64,000 bases of DNA from Nemertoderma westbladi (Eukaryota > Animalia > Xenacoelomorpha), in contig JAUCBJ010005652.1 in the NCBI GenBank assembly GCA_032718475.1, positions 75,676-139,675 on the forward strand, read 5' to 3'. Of the stretch, positions 1 through 11,221 are shown in pieces. Position numbers and translations under genes: made by a program. The notes beneath the pieces are model-generated. The model searched no databases. It was not told the origin of the DNA and saw only the letters and a list, made by a program, of their open reading frames with translations. How positions within the stretch are numbered: the first letter of the stretch is position 1; every line of letters starts with the position of its first letter.

Positions 1-3000
1 ATTTTCCGGTGTCTTCTCTCTGGACTGCTTTAGGAGCTGTAATTTTACCTCTCCATCTAAGAATGACATGAGATCAGCCATGGTAGGGTCTCTTCGTTGT
101 TGTTGCATCATATACAGAACTCTTTTGTCCCAACGAGTACCCACTCCACGCTTTGGCAAGGTAGATGCTACAGCTCCAATAACCATAGAACTCTGATACT
201 CATGAGACTTACCTAGCCAATCTAATTGTCTACAAATCTCCTGGATCTCATCGGAAAATTCTATAATCCCGCTGCTAATAAACTTTCGTGGCGCTACCAA
301 TTTCGCATACAAATACCTAGCTATGTTATTCCTATTACCATACCTGATGTTTAGTGTATCCCAAACTTGTCTTAATCCATCTGGATGTCCAATAAACTTT
401 AACGCCATTAACTTGGGAGATCCTTCCAAGCACTCGATGAGGAATCTAAGTTTCTCTCCGTTAGATAGCATAGAGTTCTGTATGTTATCTTTATAATATT
501 CATTAAAAGGCAACCATTTCATCTCATCTCCGTTGAACTTGACGATCTCTCCCACCTTTACCGCTTGGCGGGCTTCGGTTCTAGCCATTTGACGCGTAAA
601 ACTTTCTTGGGCCATCGTATTATTTAATATCGAGTTATCGGTATATAAATTTCTCGGATTAGGATCAGGTCTATAGGGAATATCATTATCAACAGGTTTA
701 TCGTTACCCTTAATAGGGTTTACTATAGGAGTTTCTACTTCACTAGCAGTATAGATGCGTGTAGGCTCCACACATTGCGCATGAAATACTTCAGACCTAA
801 CAGGTTGACACATTGTTACAGGGGGTGGTGGTATACCTCTTTGTATATTTACCAATTTATCGCGTTCTAACGCGATACTCTGCTGCACTTCTTGCAACTC
901 TAACCTACCCTCTCTGACTGTTCCCTTTAACTGTTGAACAGTCCCTTCCATCTCTCGGACCTGCTGAGAGGAACACAAACGGTGTTCCCTCAGCTGCCCG
1001 AGCAGGAGACCCATCTCCCGCCGTCCCTCATCCACCCACTCTACCGCCGAAGCGGGAGCCGCCAACATAGTAGCGGGTAGACAAGGGACGATGGGCGATA
1101 AATCGTTAATGTCTCGCTCGGCGTCCAGGACTGGAATTGACTCTGGAACAGTCCTACTGGGTACAGGTAGTTTAGTACTGTACAAAGGGAATTTAGAGTT
1201 AGGTTCTGGAAGTACAGGGGTCTCTATCACAGAAGGGGTGGCTTCGAGAACAGGCCTAATTATTTCAGGCTCATCTACTATAGTAGGGAGTCTTTCTACT
1301 CTAATAATTTGGTCTGTGGGTTCTGTACTACCTAAGTCTGCACTAGCTAGTTCGCCTTCTCACAGCTGGGGGCAAATTAGGCAATATCTGATGGTGAGGC
1401 GTTCTTCTACGTCTGCTGGAACGAGATCTATTTCCTCCGCCTTCAGGATCTGTTGTATCGCCTTCATCAGATGATGTAAATCCCTGTCTCTTGGGAGTAG
1501 ATCGACTTATCATCTGCATATACTTAGCTGTTCTTTGTTTATTGAAGTAATCTTGCTTCTCTTGAAGATTTTCCAACTCTAGTTGGACTGTCTCTTCAGA
1601 ACCCCTCCATTCTGCTGCTGCCACTGCCTCTGCCGCTTTTCTTTCTGCTTCTGCCGCTGCTACCTTTCTTTCAGCATCTGCCTCTGCCGCTGCCGCTTTT
1701 CTTTCGGCTTCTGCCGCTGCCTCTGCCACTGCCGCTGCCGCTGCCGCTTTTCTTTCAGCTTCTGCCGCTGCCGCTGCAGCTGCCGCCTTTCTTTGAACTT
1801 CTGCCGCTGCCACTGCTGCTACCTTTCTGTCTTCTATCCGTTTTTTCTTTAATTGTTCTTCCTGTTCCCTAGCGAGGAGGATGCTTTCATCAAATTTAGC
1901 TTGCTCTGTGACTAACATTTCCGCATCTAATGCGTCTAACACAAATTTGGCTCCTTCACTAGTAGGGTGAAGTCCAGCCAGACGTCTCCTCAACTCTTTG
2001 TCACCTATAAATCATTGATAGTCCGACAGATAGATGTCAATAGCGTCCTTCTTCTGAGGTTTCTCCAATGTCGCTTCGCTTTCCACTTGAGAAAAGGTAG
2101 CGTCTGTTGATTCTCCGTGGGTTGAGTGCTCAGTTAGCTGAATTTTCCATTGGGATGTTCCTTGAACTTTAAGGCTCACCCATTGGAACCAAGTCTTTAC
2201 GGCAACTTGCAACGACGTGTCTTGGCTTCTTTTCGAGGCTTCCTCAAAGGCCGATAGGATTAGTCTGATTCTTAGGATACGTACTCGAACTTGATAAAGC
2301 AGCTCTCCCTGCTCTTGAGGTCCTTGGGGTTGTTGAAACAGTTGTTCCTCTAATCGCTCCAAAGAGCTGAAGAATCCCTGTACATATCCGGCTGCTGACC
2401 TCTTCCACACAGCTGGATCTCTAGTGTCCTTTACCACTCCCATCCTGTATAAGTCCTCCCAGGCAGCTTCCGATAAGTTAAACGGGAGTCCGGGTCCGGG
2501 GAAGTTCCATTGCGTCTCGACAATAGACTTCAGTTCCTCCTTCGTGTATCCCGCATAACTGTCCTTGGTCGATCGCTTACTTCTCGCCCAATCAATTTGA
2601 TGTTCCTCCACCGCAATCAATACTCTAGTGAGTACGGCTTCAGGAAGAATGAGAAGTGGATCCGAATAAACTACATCTGCCATCTTTGCTCCGCGCTCGG
2701 GTGGCAACTCTACAGTATCTGAACTACTGGAGCTATCGGGCTGCTGAGAAATAAGTTCTCGGCTCGGGTGTTGCTGCTGTTTAACAGCTGCCTCTGTGCC
2801 GGCCTCCGTGCTTTGAGCCCGAGTGCCTATGATAGACCTACGGTGCTTTACTAGTCTAGGGTCTGATACTACTACTGAAGGGATGACTTTTCTTACAGTA
2901 GGAGGGGACTTGGACTTCGGTCTCAAATGTTCGGCACTCCTGTCGGAGTCGCAGACTGTTTTTTCTAGGAGACTATCTGACAGAGTTTGCTTTGTGTCAG

Positions 3001-3004
3001 CCAT
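1..3004 (-). pseudogene. Gag of copy A, with an in-frame stop at 2012-2014 and a frameshift near 1345-1350
   Basis: ORFs 2012..3004 and 1343..1993 are in frame across a TGA (DYQ*FIGD vs DYQRFLGD in B/C). Downstream DNA aligns to the DUF1759-like region (KFNGDEMKWLPF). Confidence 0.88.
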
Positions 3005-4897
3005 GTTTGATTGTACAGTTGAATGTCTACTACTATAACGACAGTTAAAGCAAGTATATTAATTCAGTATCAACTGTAAGCCTAGTAATTAATTACCGAT
3101 ATCGTTACTAAATGTAACGCGATATATATATAATATATTAGAATACTGGTATACACTTACAGTATATATATAAGTATTATTACAGACTAGGGTTTGTCAC
3201 AGAATACCGGTATATAATTTCAGCACAAATATATAAATATATAATAAGCCTACCGTGAATACCGGTATACAGCTTACACTTATAGTATATATAAGTATAA
3301 TTATAGACTAGAATTAATTACAGAATACCGGTATATAATTTTAGCATAAATTTATATAAATAAATATAATAAGCCTATAGTAAATACCAGTATGTCAATT
3401 ATTTTATGATAATTGAATTTCTGAGTTTTAGGGTTACTTTTCTTTACTTTGTTACTGTTATTTAAGCAGTAGTCCAACTGATATTAAGACCTAATTGATG
3501 GATAACAGGCCTACTATTTTATAAATCGGTTTGAGTTGATTTATAATATATATATACCCGTATAATGGGTTTTGACAATATTCGAAATAAATGTTATTAT
3601 TTCTGGTAAGGAGTCACTACACAGAAGCTGAACGCTCTCAGCGAAGTGCTACTTGTGGGACACTAAAACAAATAATTCTACTTGACTAAGTTACTTATTA
3701 CTACAAATTACGTACAATTATGGGGTGAGATTACAATCTCTAAATAAACACAAAAATTACACGTACAAATTTTAGGGTAATTTTACAGGAAATTTACAAA
3801 CCAGCCTAACAAGAGGTTATAATTTCTGGTTATTACAACGGACAGGATACTACGGTATTTGAAAATAATTAAGCAGTAGTAAATAAATTGCGTTGTCCAG
3901 ATAAGAAAATACCACCGTCTGACGACTTATAGTCTTTAGCTGTACAGCTCTATAAGTACTACGTTATGTACCCGGAGTGTTCCTACCTAGAAGTTAATTA
4001 CCACAGCCAACCAGAGCTAATGTGCCTATTAACCACTTTACAACACAAATATACCGCCTACTCACTAATTACCTTCGGAAAGTATTGTACACTAAACCCT
4101 AAATTAGGTACAAGTACTTATACAACAAATAACCAGTAGTTAAAAATACTTGTACAGCTAAAAGAACCACGGTATCTGCTGGAGTGACTAGAGCATAAAA
4201 TCACCAGTCTTTACCTACGCCAAGCAGCCCTGATGTAGTACCGGGGTTAATTTAACTATAACGGTATGTATAACAAGCACAATTACTGTAGGAATTAACT
4301 TGGGGAGTTATGTATGTTGCGAATACTCGCATAGACTCTGAATAATAAATAAATACGCTACCCGTGCAGACTACACAAACAAAATACAGACCAAATGCTG
4401 GCAGACTACTATCAAGCCCAAATAAACTACAGTATATGCAGACTCCGAAATGGTTAGTTAGTATGCGTTCTAACCGAGTAGTACGACTTATTCTTTCGGG
4501 GGGGATTTACCTTACCGCACTGGATGCCCCTACCTTCCTAACTAGTACTTTATCGGACATACACTCTACACACACTGCAATCTCTTCAGACTTAACAACA
4601 ACCAAACAACAATCCAGCCTACAAATTATTTATACAATCTGAGCAGGCTTACACGCCTTCTGCTCAATATTACACTTACAAATAAATAAAACTGACAGAA
4701 ATAAGTAAAATCCCAATAAAAAACCAGGGCGGCCGTCCCTGATTAAATATCAAGACCTACCGGTATATAATTATAAAAATCGAATAATACTGCTGTACCT
4801 GTAAGTACCGGTTCGGGCAGTTGGGTAGTTAGGCCTACAGCTTACCGTTCGACCGGTACCTTCGACTTTATTGCCTACGGTGCAATAAAGAATCTGA

Positions 4898-4908
4898 AAA
4901 TCTATTAT
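4898..4908 (-). promoter_or_regulatory. Non-tRNA primer-binding site of copy A (sense ATAATAGATTT), complementary to LTR 5698-5708
   Basis: Abuts the LTR end, lacks TGG, and has a perfect 11-nt inverted match inside its own LTR. Confidence 0.75.
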
Positions 4909-6120
4909 TGTTCGCGCTTTCAGACCTTTAGCAGTTTAACCTGCCAATTTTAGGTGTCCTCTTTTTTATAAATCGACTTTAGCCTATAACAATTATTTAA
5001 TGCACATGAAGTAACATTAGCCGAAGCCAGTCTATGCGCGATCATTCACCCACAGTTAAGGGAGACTGGATTCGGATGCTTTGACCTTATTGCGTTGCAG
5101 ACCTACTGTATTATTCGATTGATTGTTACTATATAATCACTGACAATATTATTCACTTTCAGGGAAATATTAACAGTTCCTTTAGGACGTGGCGCTTTAA
5201 GTATAAAACAGAGTTATGACTTATACTAAACACAACGAGATGGCTAATGATTTTCATAAATAGCGCATTCTTTAGGAGATGCTTTATTATCTGTCACACT
5301 GCTGCATACGATTTCACACTGCTGCACACTGATCTGCCGACCATCACTGAATTTGATCATATATAAGGAGGATAGCCACTGACACATGTAGGGATTATGA
5401 AATAGCATTTACTGCACACTAAAACCAATGTAATGTAAGTCGCAGTTGCTACCGGTAACCGGTCCCTCTAACCTTTAGTAAGCAAGAAGATTGGGGTTTT
5501 ATGATTATTTATCGATATTCTCCAAATATAACAAGATATCCATCAACATATAACCATTAATAACAGACAGTAAACAGAAGTACAATAATGCGGTGATATT
5601 CAGCCAGTATCGGTAATACCGGTACCGCAGTTGCAGGTGCAGTATCAAAGTTGTTCAGTCAGTGCAGACTGCAATTTCATCAGTCAGGTGATCGGAGATA
5701 ATAGATTTACGTTCTTGTAATCAAAGCCGTCTAATGTTGGCCAAAGTCTGAAACTTCTAACACAGAAGTACAGAAGAATCCTAAGCCGGTGTTCTGGGCT
5801 TAGAAAAGATACACACTGACTGAATTGCGTGGGTTTCTGTAGGCACTGTCCAACACAAAGTGAAAATCGCTCTGATTGGCCGAGCAGAACAAAGAACAAA
5901 GAAAAGCTCCACGCTGGCAGTAAATCAGCTGACAGATGTCGTCATCTGAACTACCCTCTATTTAGAGTATTTGGCGTATTGCGGCATAAAATGGCTTGTT
6001 ATGTCCGCTAAAACACCTACAGGGTACATTGCGGAGAAAATGGCTTGTTATGTCCGCTAAAACAACTAAACAGTTCATTGCGGAGAAAAATTACTGGTTA
6101 TATCCGCAAAAGCTTTTACA
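4909..6120 (-). repeat. 5' LTR of copy A (1212 bp, TG..CA)
   Basis: Termini and internal blocks (GCGCGATCATTCACCC; GGGAAATATTAACAGTTCCTTTAGGACGTGGCGCT; CGCTCTGATTGG) are shared with the B and C LTRs. Confidence 0.92.
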
Positions 6121-6770
6121 ATAACTTTCGGAAGCGGTTCTTCATACGGAAGGGGGAATCGTTTATGAGATTGCGATCGTGAGCGAAATATCCCGTTAAA
6201 GTGAATATATATGGAGCTATTAGCTGGAAAGGGAAATCGCCACTAATGATACTACCAGGTAAAGCCCGAATAAACTCGTCAATGTATTGCGATATGGTGC
6301 ATAAAGGAATTATTCCCTTTTTGAAGTCAACATTTCCCGAAAATGACTACGTGTTACAGGCAGACTCGGCTCCTTGCCATAAAAGTAAAGAAACAATGGC
6401 ATTCCTCGATAAAAACAATGTAAACTATTCACCGGGGTGGTGGCCTCCTGAATCACCAGATTTAAATGCCATTGAGTGCGTTTGGCATGAATTGAAGGAA
6501 CATTTTTACGCAATAAAGCGCAACCACGTAATAAAGAAGAACTGATTTCTGGAATAACAGATTTCTGGCAAAACATTATCACTGTTGAGAAATGTCGCAA
6601 TTACATTTGCCATAATCTAAATGTCATACCAATGGTTCAAACAAACAACGGTGGTCCAACTCTCAGTTAATTTATGTTTAATTGTAATTACTGTATAATA
6701 TTATTTCATTACATACTGGCATTACTCGCCTCCATTCGAGCTCGAGGTCAATTATTTGGAGACAATTGTA
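6121..6770 (+). mobile_element. Tc1/mariner transposase 3' fragment, interrupted by LTR copy A
   Basis: ORF 6201..6545 has VYGAISW-like, LQADSAPCH and WPPESPDLNAIECVWHELK motifs of Tc1-family DDE transposases. Probable right end ...GAGACAATTG|TA at ~6768. Confidence 0.88.
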
Positions 6771-7530
6771 TACAAAACTATGTATAATCAAAATTTAATC
6801 TAAATTATACCTTCAGCTTCACATGGGGGAATGTGAATGACGCATCATGGCCGAGATAGGATTTGCGTCAAGATTCCCCTCTTCTCGCATACTGCGTAAT
6901 TGTAAGGTTTTACTGTGTTGAATTGAGTATATTTGATGAATGCCCCATTGCAATATTTCTAGTTAAAGAGTTAATTGTATTTTATTTATTTATCAAGCAC
7001 GTTAAGTAAAAACCTTACCGGTAGGTATGTCAGTGCCAAAGTATGTATTAAACTAAAAAGCAACAAGACCTAGACGTTGCATGGAATCTGTGATCAGCTG
7101 ACGGCAGCCAGCTGATCGGTAGGTTTCGCCCCGCAACTGAAGGCATTCTCAGGAGGCCAAGCCAGGAAATGTAGAGAGAGATTCCCAAAGGGGGACGGAA
7201 CAGGTAACGAAATGAAGATATGTCGTCTGTACTGTAACTAACCACTGGAAAGCAGCACCGTAAACTTGCGCCAGTCACGTCTCTGCTTGTTGTTAACCTG
7301 CTTGTTCTGCTTGTTTTGATGAATGTCCCATTGCAACCAATTGTTTTGGACAGGCGTCCACTGTAGTACCCACGATGACAAATAGTGTTGGACAGGCGTC
7401 CACTGTAGTACCCACAACGACAAATAGTGTTGGACAGGCGTCCACTGTGGTACCAACGATGACAAATAGTGTTCGACAGGCGTCCACTGTGGTACCCACG
7501 ATGACAAATAGTGTTGGACAGGCGTCCACT

Positions 7531-8941
7531 CCCTATAAGCATCAACACGTCAAAAACACGTGGATACGACGTAATTATTTGACGTCAACGTGTTGAAAAT
7601 GACGTCTTGGCCACGTGTATTTTGGAAGTGTCAAACACGTGTTTGAGCACGTCAAACCATGACGTGTTACAGTTTACGTCAAATGACTTGTTAGACACGT
7701 GTCAATTACGTCATCAGACGTCAAATACTACACTGGAACACCACACAAGCACGTCAAATGACGTGCTAGACACGTACTGTAACAATAACAGACGCCAAAT
7801 TCAAATAACTACACCACACAAGCACTTACGCGTCGCTTTTTACATCGCTTAGATCCATGACATTATGATTGAAATTGACGGTGTTTGTTGATACTATAAT
7901 AAAGAAAAAACATTATTATATAATGTAACCAATAATAAACCAAATATAATATAAATAAATATCTAAATATAATAAACCTAATGGGTCAATTTGGCCATTT
8001 TCTTGTCATTGGTGGTGCGCAATAGCACCACTCACACCCACCATAGTACCTTCCTACCCACTCACTCCCACTATAATACCTTCCTACCCACTCACACCCA
8101 CTTCATTACCTTCCTACCCACTCACACCCACCTCATTACTTTCCTACACACTCACACCCACCTCATTACTTTCCTACACACTCACACCCATCATATTACC
8201 TTCCTACCCACTCACACCCACTATATTACCTTCCCACCCACACACACCCACCATATTACCTTGATACCCACTCACACCCATTTCATTACCTTCCTACCCA
8301 CTCACACCCACCTCATTACCATCCTACCCACTCACACCCACCTCATTACTTTCCTACACACTCACACCCACCTCATTACCATCCTACCCACTCACACCCA
8401 CCATATTACCTTCCTACCCACTCACACCCACCATATTACCTTCATACCCACTCATACCCACTTCATTACCTCCCTACCCACTCACACCCACCATATTACC
8501 TTCCTATCCTACCCACACGCACCCACCTCATTACTTTCCTACCCACTCACACCCACCACCAATATAAATAACTAACTAAAATATACCCACCACTAATATA
8601 AATATACTGTACTCATACTGTAGTCAGTGAGTAGGTAAAAGTGGTAAGTAGATGTGTCATTAAGACGTGTTCAAGACGTAATTTTAGGTAATTATTTCCA
8701 ACATGAAAAGTATCACACAGATACGTGCCATCAAGACGTGTTCATGACGTCATTTTAGGTAATTATATCCACCATGTATAAGTCTCATACAGGAACGTGT
8801 CAACAAGACGTGTTCAAGACGTAATTTTACGTAATTACGTCAACCATCAAAACTTTGAGTTCTTGCAACAAACATAATTGACGTAAAATGACGTCCACAT
8901 ACCTGTTGAGGTGTAAAAATAGACGTCAAATGCTTATAGGG
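7531..8941. mobile_element. Non-autonomous CACTA/EnSpm-like DNA transposon (CCC...GGG ends, 2-bp TSD CT)
   Basis: TIR CCCTATAAGCAT / ATGCTTATAGGG. CT is duplicated in the interrupted 42-bp unit. Dense subterminal GACGT/ACACGT motifs lie at both ends. Confidence 0.85.
8028..8560. repeat. 30-bp minisatellite (CACTCACACCCACCTCATTACCTTCCTACC), about 17 units, inside the CACTA-like element
   Basis: Direct tandem periodicity of 30 bp. Confidence 0.92.
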
Positions 8942-9503
8942 CTGTGGTACCCACGATGACAAATAGTGTTGGACAGGCGTCCACTGTGGTAGCCACGATG
9001 ACAAATAGTGTTGGACAGGCGTCCACTGTAGTACACATGATGACAAATAGTGTTGGACAGGCGTCCACTGTAGTACCGACGATGACAAATAGTGTTGGAC
9101 AGGCGTCCACTGTAGTACCCACGATGACAAATACTGTTGGACAGGCGTACAATCCTGTACACCTTATGAATAAACCGGATGCCACAACGAATAAAATCGA
9201 AACAAAATCGAAACATAAACCAAAACCAACCAAGTAAACAAAACAAACCCAGTCTTGCTCGGGACAGGGAAATATAAACGTTGTACCAGGTGAGTAACCT
9301 AAAATTCCATACCCCCCCCCCCCCCCCATCATTAAAAAGAAATATGGGTGTACTTTCACTGAAAGTTATCTAGGCATACAGTACTGTATAATGTATAATA
9401 TCCTGACAAGCCAAAAATAGTAGGCCTATAATAGATAATAATAATATATTTATAATACTGTATTATATATATTTATGTTCATATTGCAGTAGCCGATAAT
9501 GTT

Positions 9504-10346
9504 GTGTTTCCTCCTACACCAACACGTCAACGTTTACTATTAGACGGTGGTATATCTGAACATGATTCAATTAACCGAATTCGTGGTGACGCGTTTCATG
9601 ACTTCAATACCATTGAAGTCCAGTCAGCGACTACTGGTACTTCCCGAGAAAACATTGCTCAATATGGATCAACAGCAAGGCTAAGGATGCCACAACCACC
9701 ACTGGATAACCGATATTTTTCATCAGGATACGCAGTAGTTTCAGCAGGCGATATGTGGATATCTGCATTAAAAGCATTTACGGAAACAATGCAGACGACA
9801 AATTCGTTAATGGTAGAAATCCGAAGTTTATTAGTGAGAAATGGAAATGCGAACTTATTGTCTGCAGTCGTTACGCCTACACCTGCACAAACCGCGACTG
9901 TTCCAAATTCCTCTAACCATCTACACTCTGTCTCCGGGAGCGAATACAACACATCGAAATCGTTTGACATTCTTCAAAGTAGAAAACAATTCCAGCACTA
10001 CCCTGAGCTACAATTGATAGAACTTGAAAAATATGGCATCTCTCGATCTCAATTATCTAACATATGTTCTAATCCGGATTTTGATTCACGTAGCAAACTA
10101 TATTTTAAACTCTTGCAGATGGTTGTATCACCTGAGGAATTGTCATCAAACGCAACGATCAGTACATCCAAAGATAATTCCAAAAATGTTATTGACCAAA
10201 TGAAGGTTAACTGGGCCAAGAAGGAATTGTTTGAGTTGATTAGTGGAATCGAAAATATGCGCCAGGTATGGAGAATGGTCAGAAATTGTGTAAACACCAC
10301 TCTGGCCTCTCTATACAAAAATTGTCAACAAAAGAAGGACTTATAA
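9504..10346 (+). CDS. Probable last exon of a BEN-domain protein
   Basis: C-terminus (YFKLLQMVVSPEELSS...VIDQMKVNWAKKELF...VWRMVRNCVN) fits the BEN-domain pattern and follows a short coiled-coil. No ATG start; acceptor-like ATATTGCAG at ~9489 and donor-like CAG|GTGAGT at ~9289. Confidence 0.6.
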   Translation: MFPPTPTRQRLLLDGGISEHDSINRIRGDAFHDFNTIEVQSATTGTSRENIAQYGSTARLRMPQPPLDNRYFSSGYAVVSAGDMWISALKAFTETMQTTNSLMVEIRSLLVRNGNANLLSAVVTPTPAQTATVPNSSNHLHSVSGSEYNTSKSFDILQSRKQFQHYPELQLIELEKYGISRSQLSNICSNPDFDSRSKLYFKLLQMVVSPEELSSNATISTSKDNSKNVIDQMKVNWAKKELFELISGIENMRQVWRMVRNCVNTTLASLYKNCQQKKDL

Positions 10347-11221
10347 TTACTGTAATATATTGTTACAATATTAATTCAGGATAATGTATTCTGTTACCCT
10401 TTATTTGAACTATTTATTTCATGTGCTCGTTTGTTATATTCAAATTAATATAATGTACAGTAGAAGTTATAGGCTTAATCATAATATCTTGAAGAAAAAT
10501 AAAACCCTCCATGTTAACTCTATATAAATTTTCCCTGGAATAATAATTTCTTGTTTTCAATATAAATTGGCTGAAACGTGCTCGTTTGTGTGCATCCTTC
10601 GTGCCAGAAATAATTAACCAACCCGAATATATAAAAAAAGGTTCATGGGGAGTATACCACCCCCCCCCCCCCCCCCCCCCCCCTTAAGCTAGTTTAGCCC
10701 TTAAGCTTTAATTTAAACATTAAGGGAAAGTAACAGGTTGCGGTGGCTGTGGCATAGTTTTCTAACCAAAACAATAAACGATACTTTATTTCACTTGTGA
10801 TCAATTTGCGGTGAAGATCACTATTTTCACTTGCATAGTCAATGTACGCCATTATCTGGTATCATAATATTGTAACATAAAATAATGTTAGGCAGTTCTG
10901 TGCTCTGAGTTCTTGTGTGTCACATGAAACGAAGCCCCGCCTTAAACATTCTTGCCAAGATCTGACAAGAATCCTCAATTACAGTACTAACAAGAATTAA
11001 CAAAAGTCTCAAATCACACCAAGACAAGCCAAGCCAATATCTCTCAATAACCTCCGAAACCCGCGAAGTCTTGGTGACTCTTGGCCACTCCAGACAAAGC
11101 CCACCAATAATTACCAAGAGCTCAATCAATTCAAACCGCAACTATTGGAGATTCTTGAGAAGAGTTGGCCAATAATTGTGCCAAGTTGTTAAAATGATAT
11201 GGAATTTGTAAAAAGTACTGT

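Larger units (their letters stand above)
1..6120 (-). mobile_element. BEL/Pao-type LTR retrotransposon copy A (5' part: 5' LTR, ~1.9-kb leader, disrupted gag; runs off the window start)
   Basis: Bases 1-2050 are clearly homologous to the gag of copies B and C. The LTR at 4909-6120 has the same termini as the B and C LTRs (TGTTCGCGC...AGCTTTTACA). Confidence 0.93.
7348..9147. repeat. 42-bp tandem repeat (GGACAGGCGTCCACTGTAGTACCCACGATGACAAATAGTGTT), about 9-10 units, split by an insertion at 7531-8941
   Basis: Units read directly on both sides of the insertion and in register across it. Confidence 0.9.

Noticed and set aside
5640-5700. Hammerhead ribozyme releasing the primer (CTGATGA on the minus strand of A; CTGATG in C)
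   Set aside because: No properly placed GAAA or stems, and the motif is absent in B.
7991-8575. 194-aa His/Thr-rich protein
   Set aside because: Translation of the 30-bp minisatellite inside a non-autonomous transposon.
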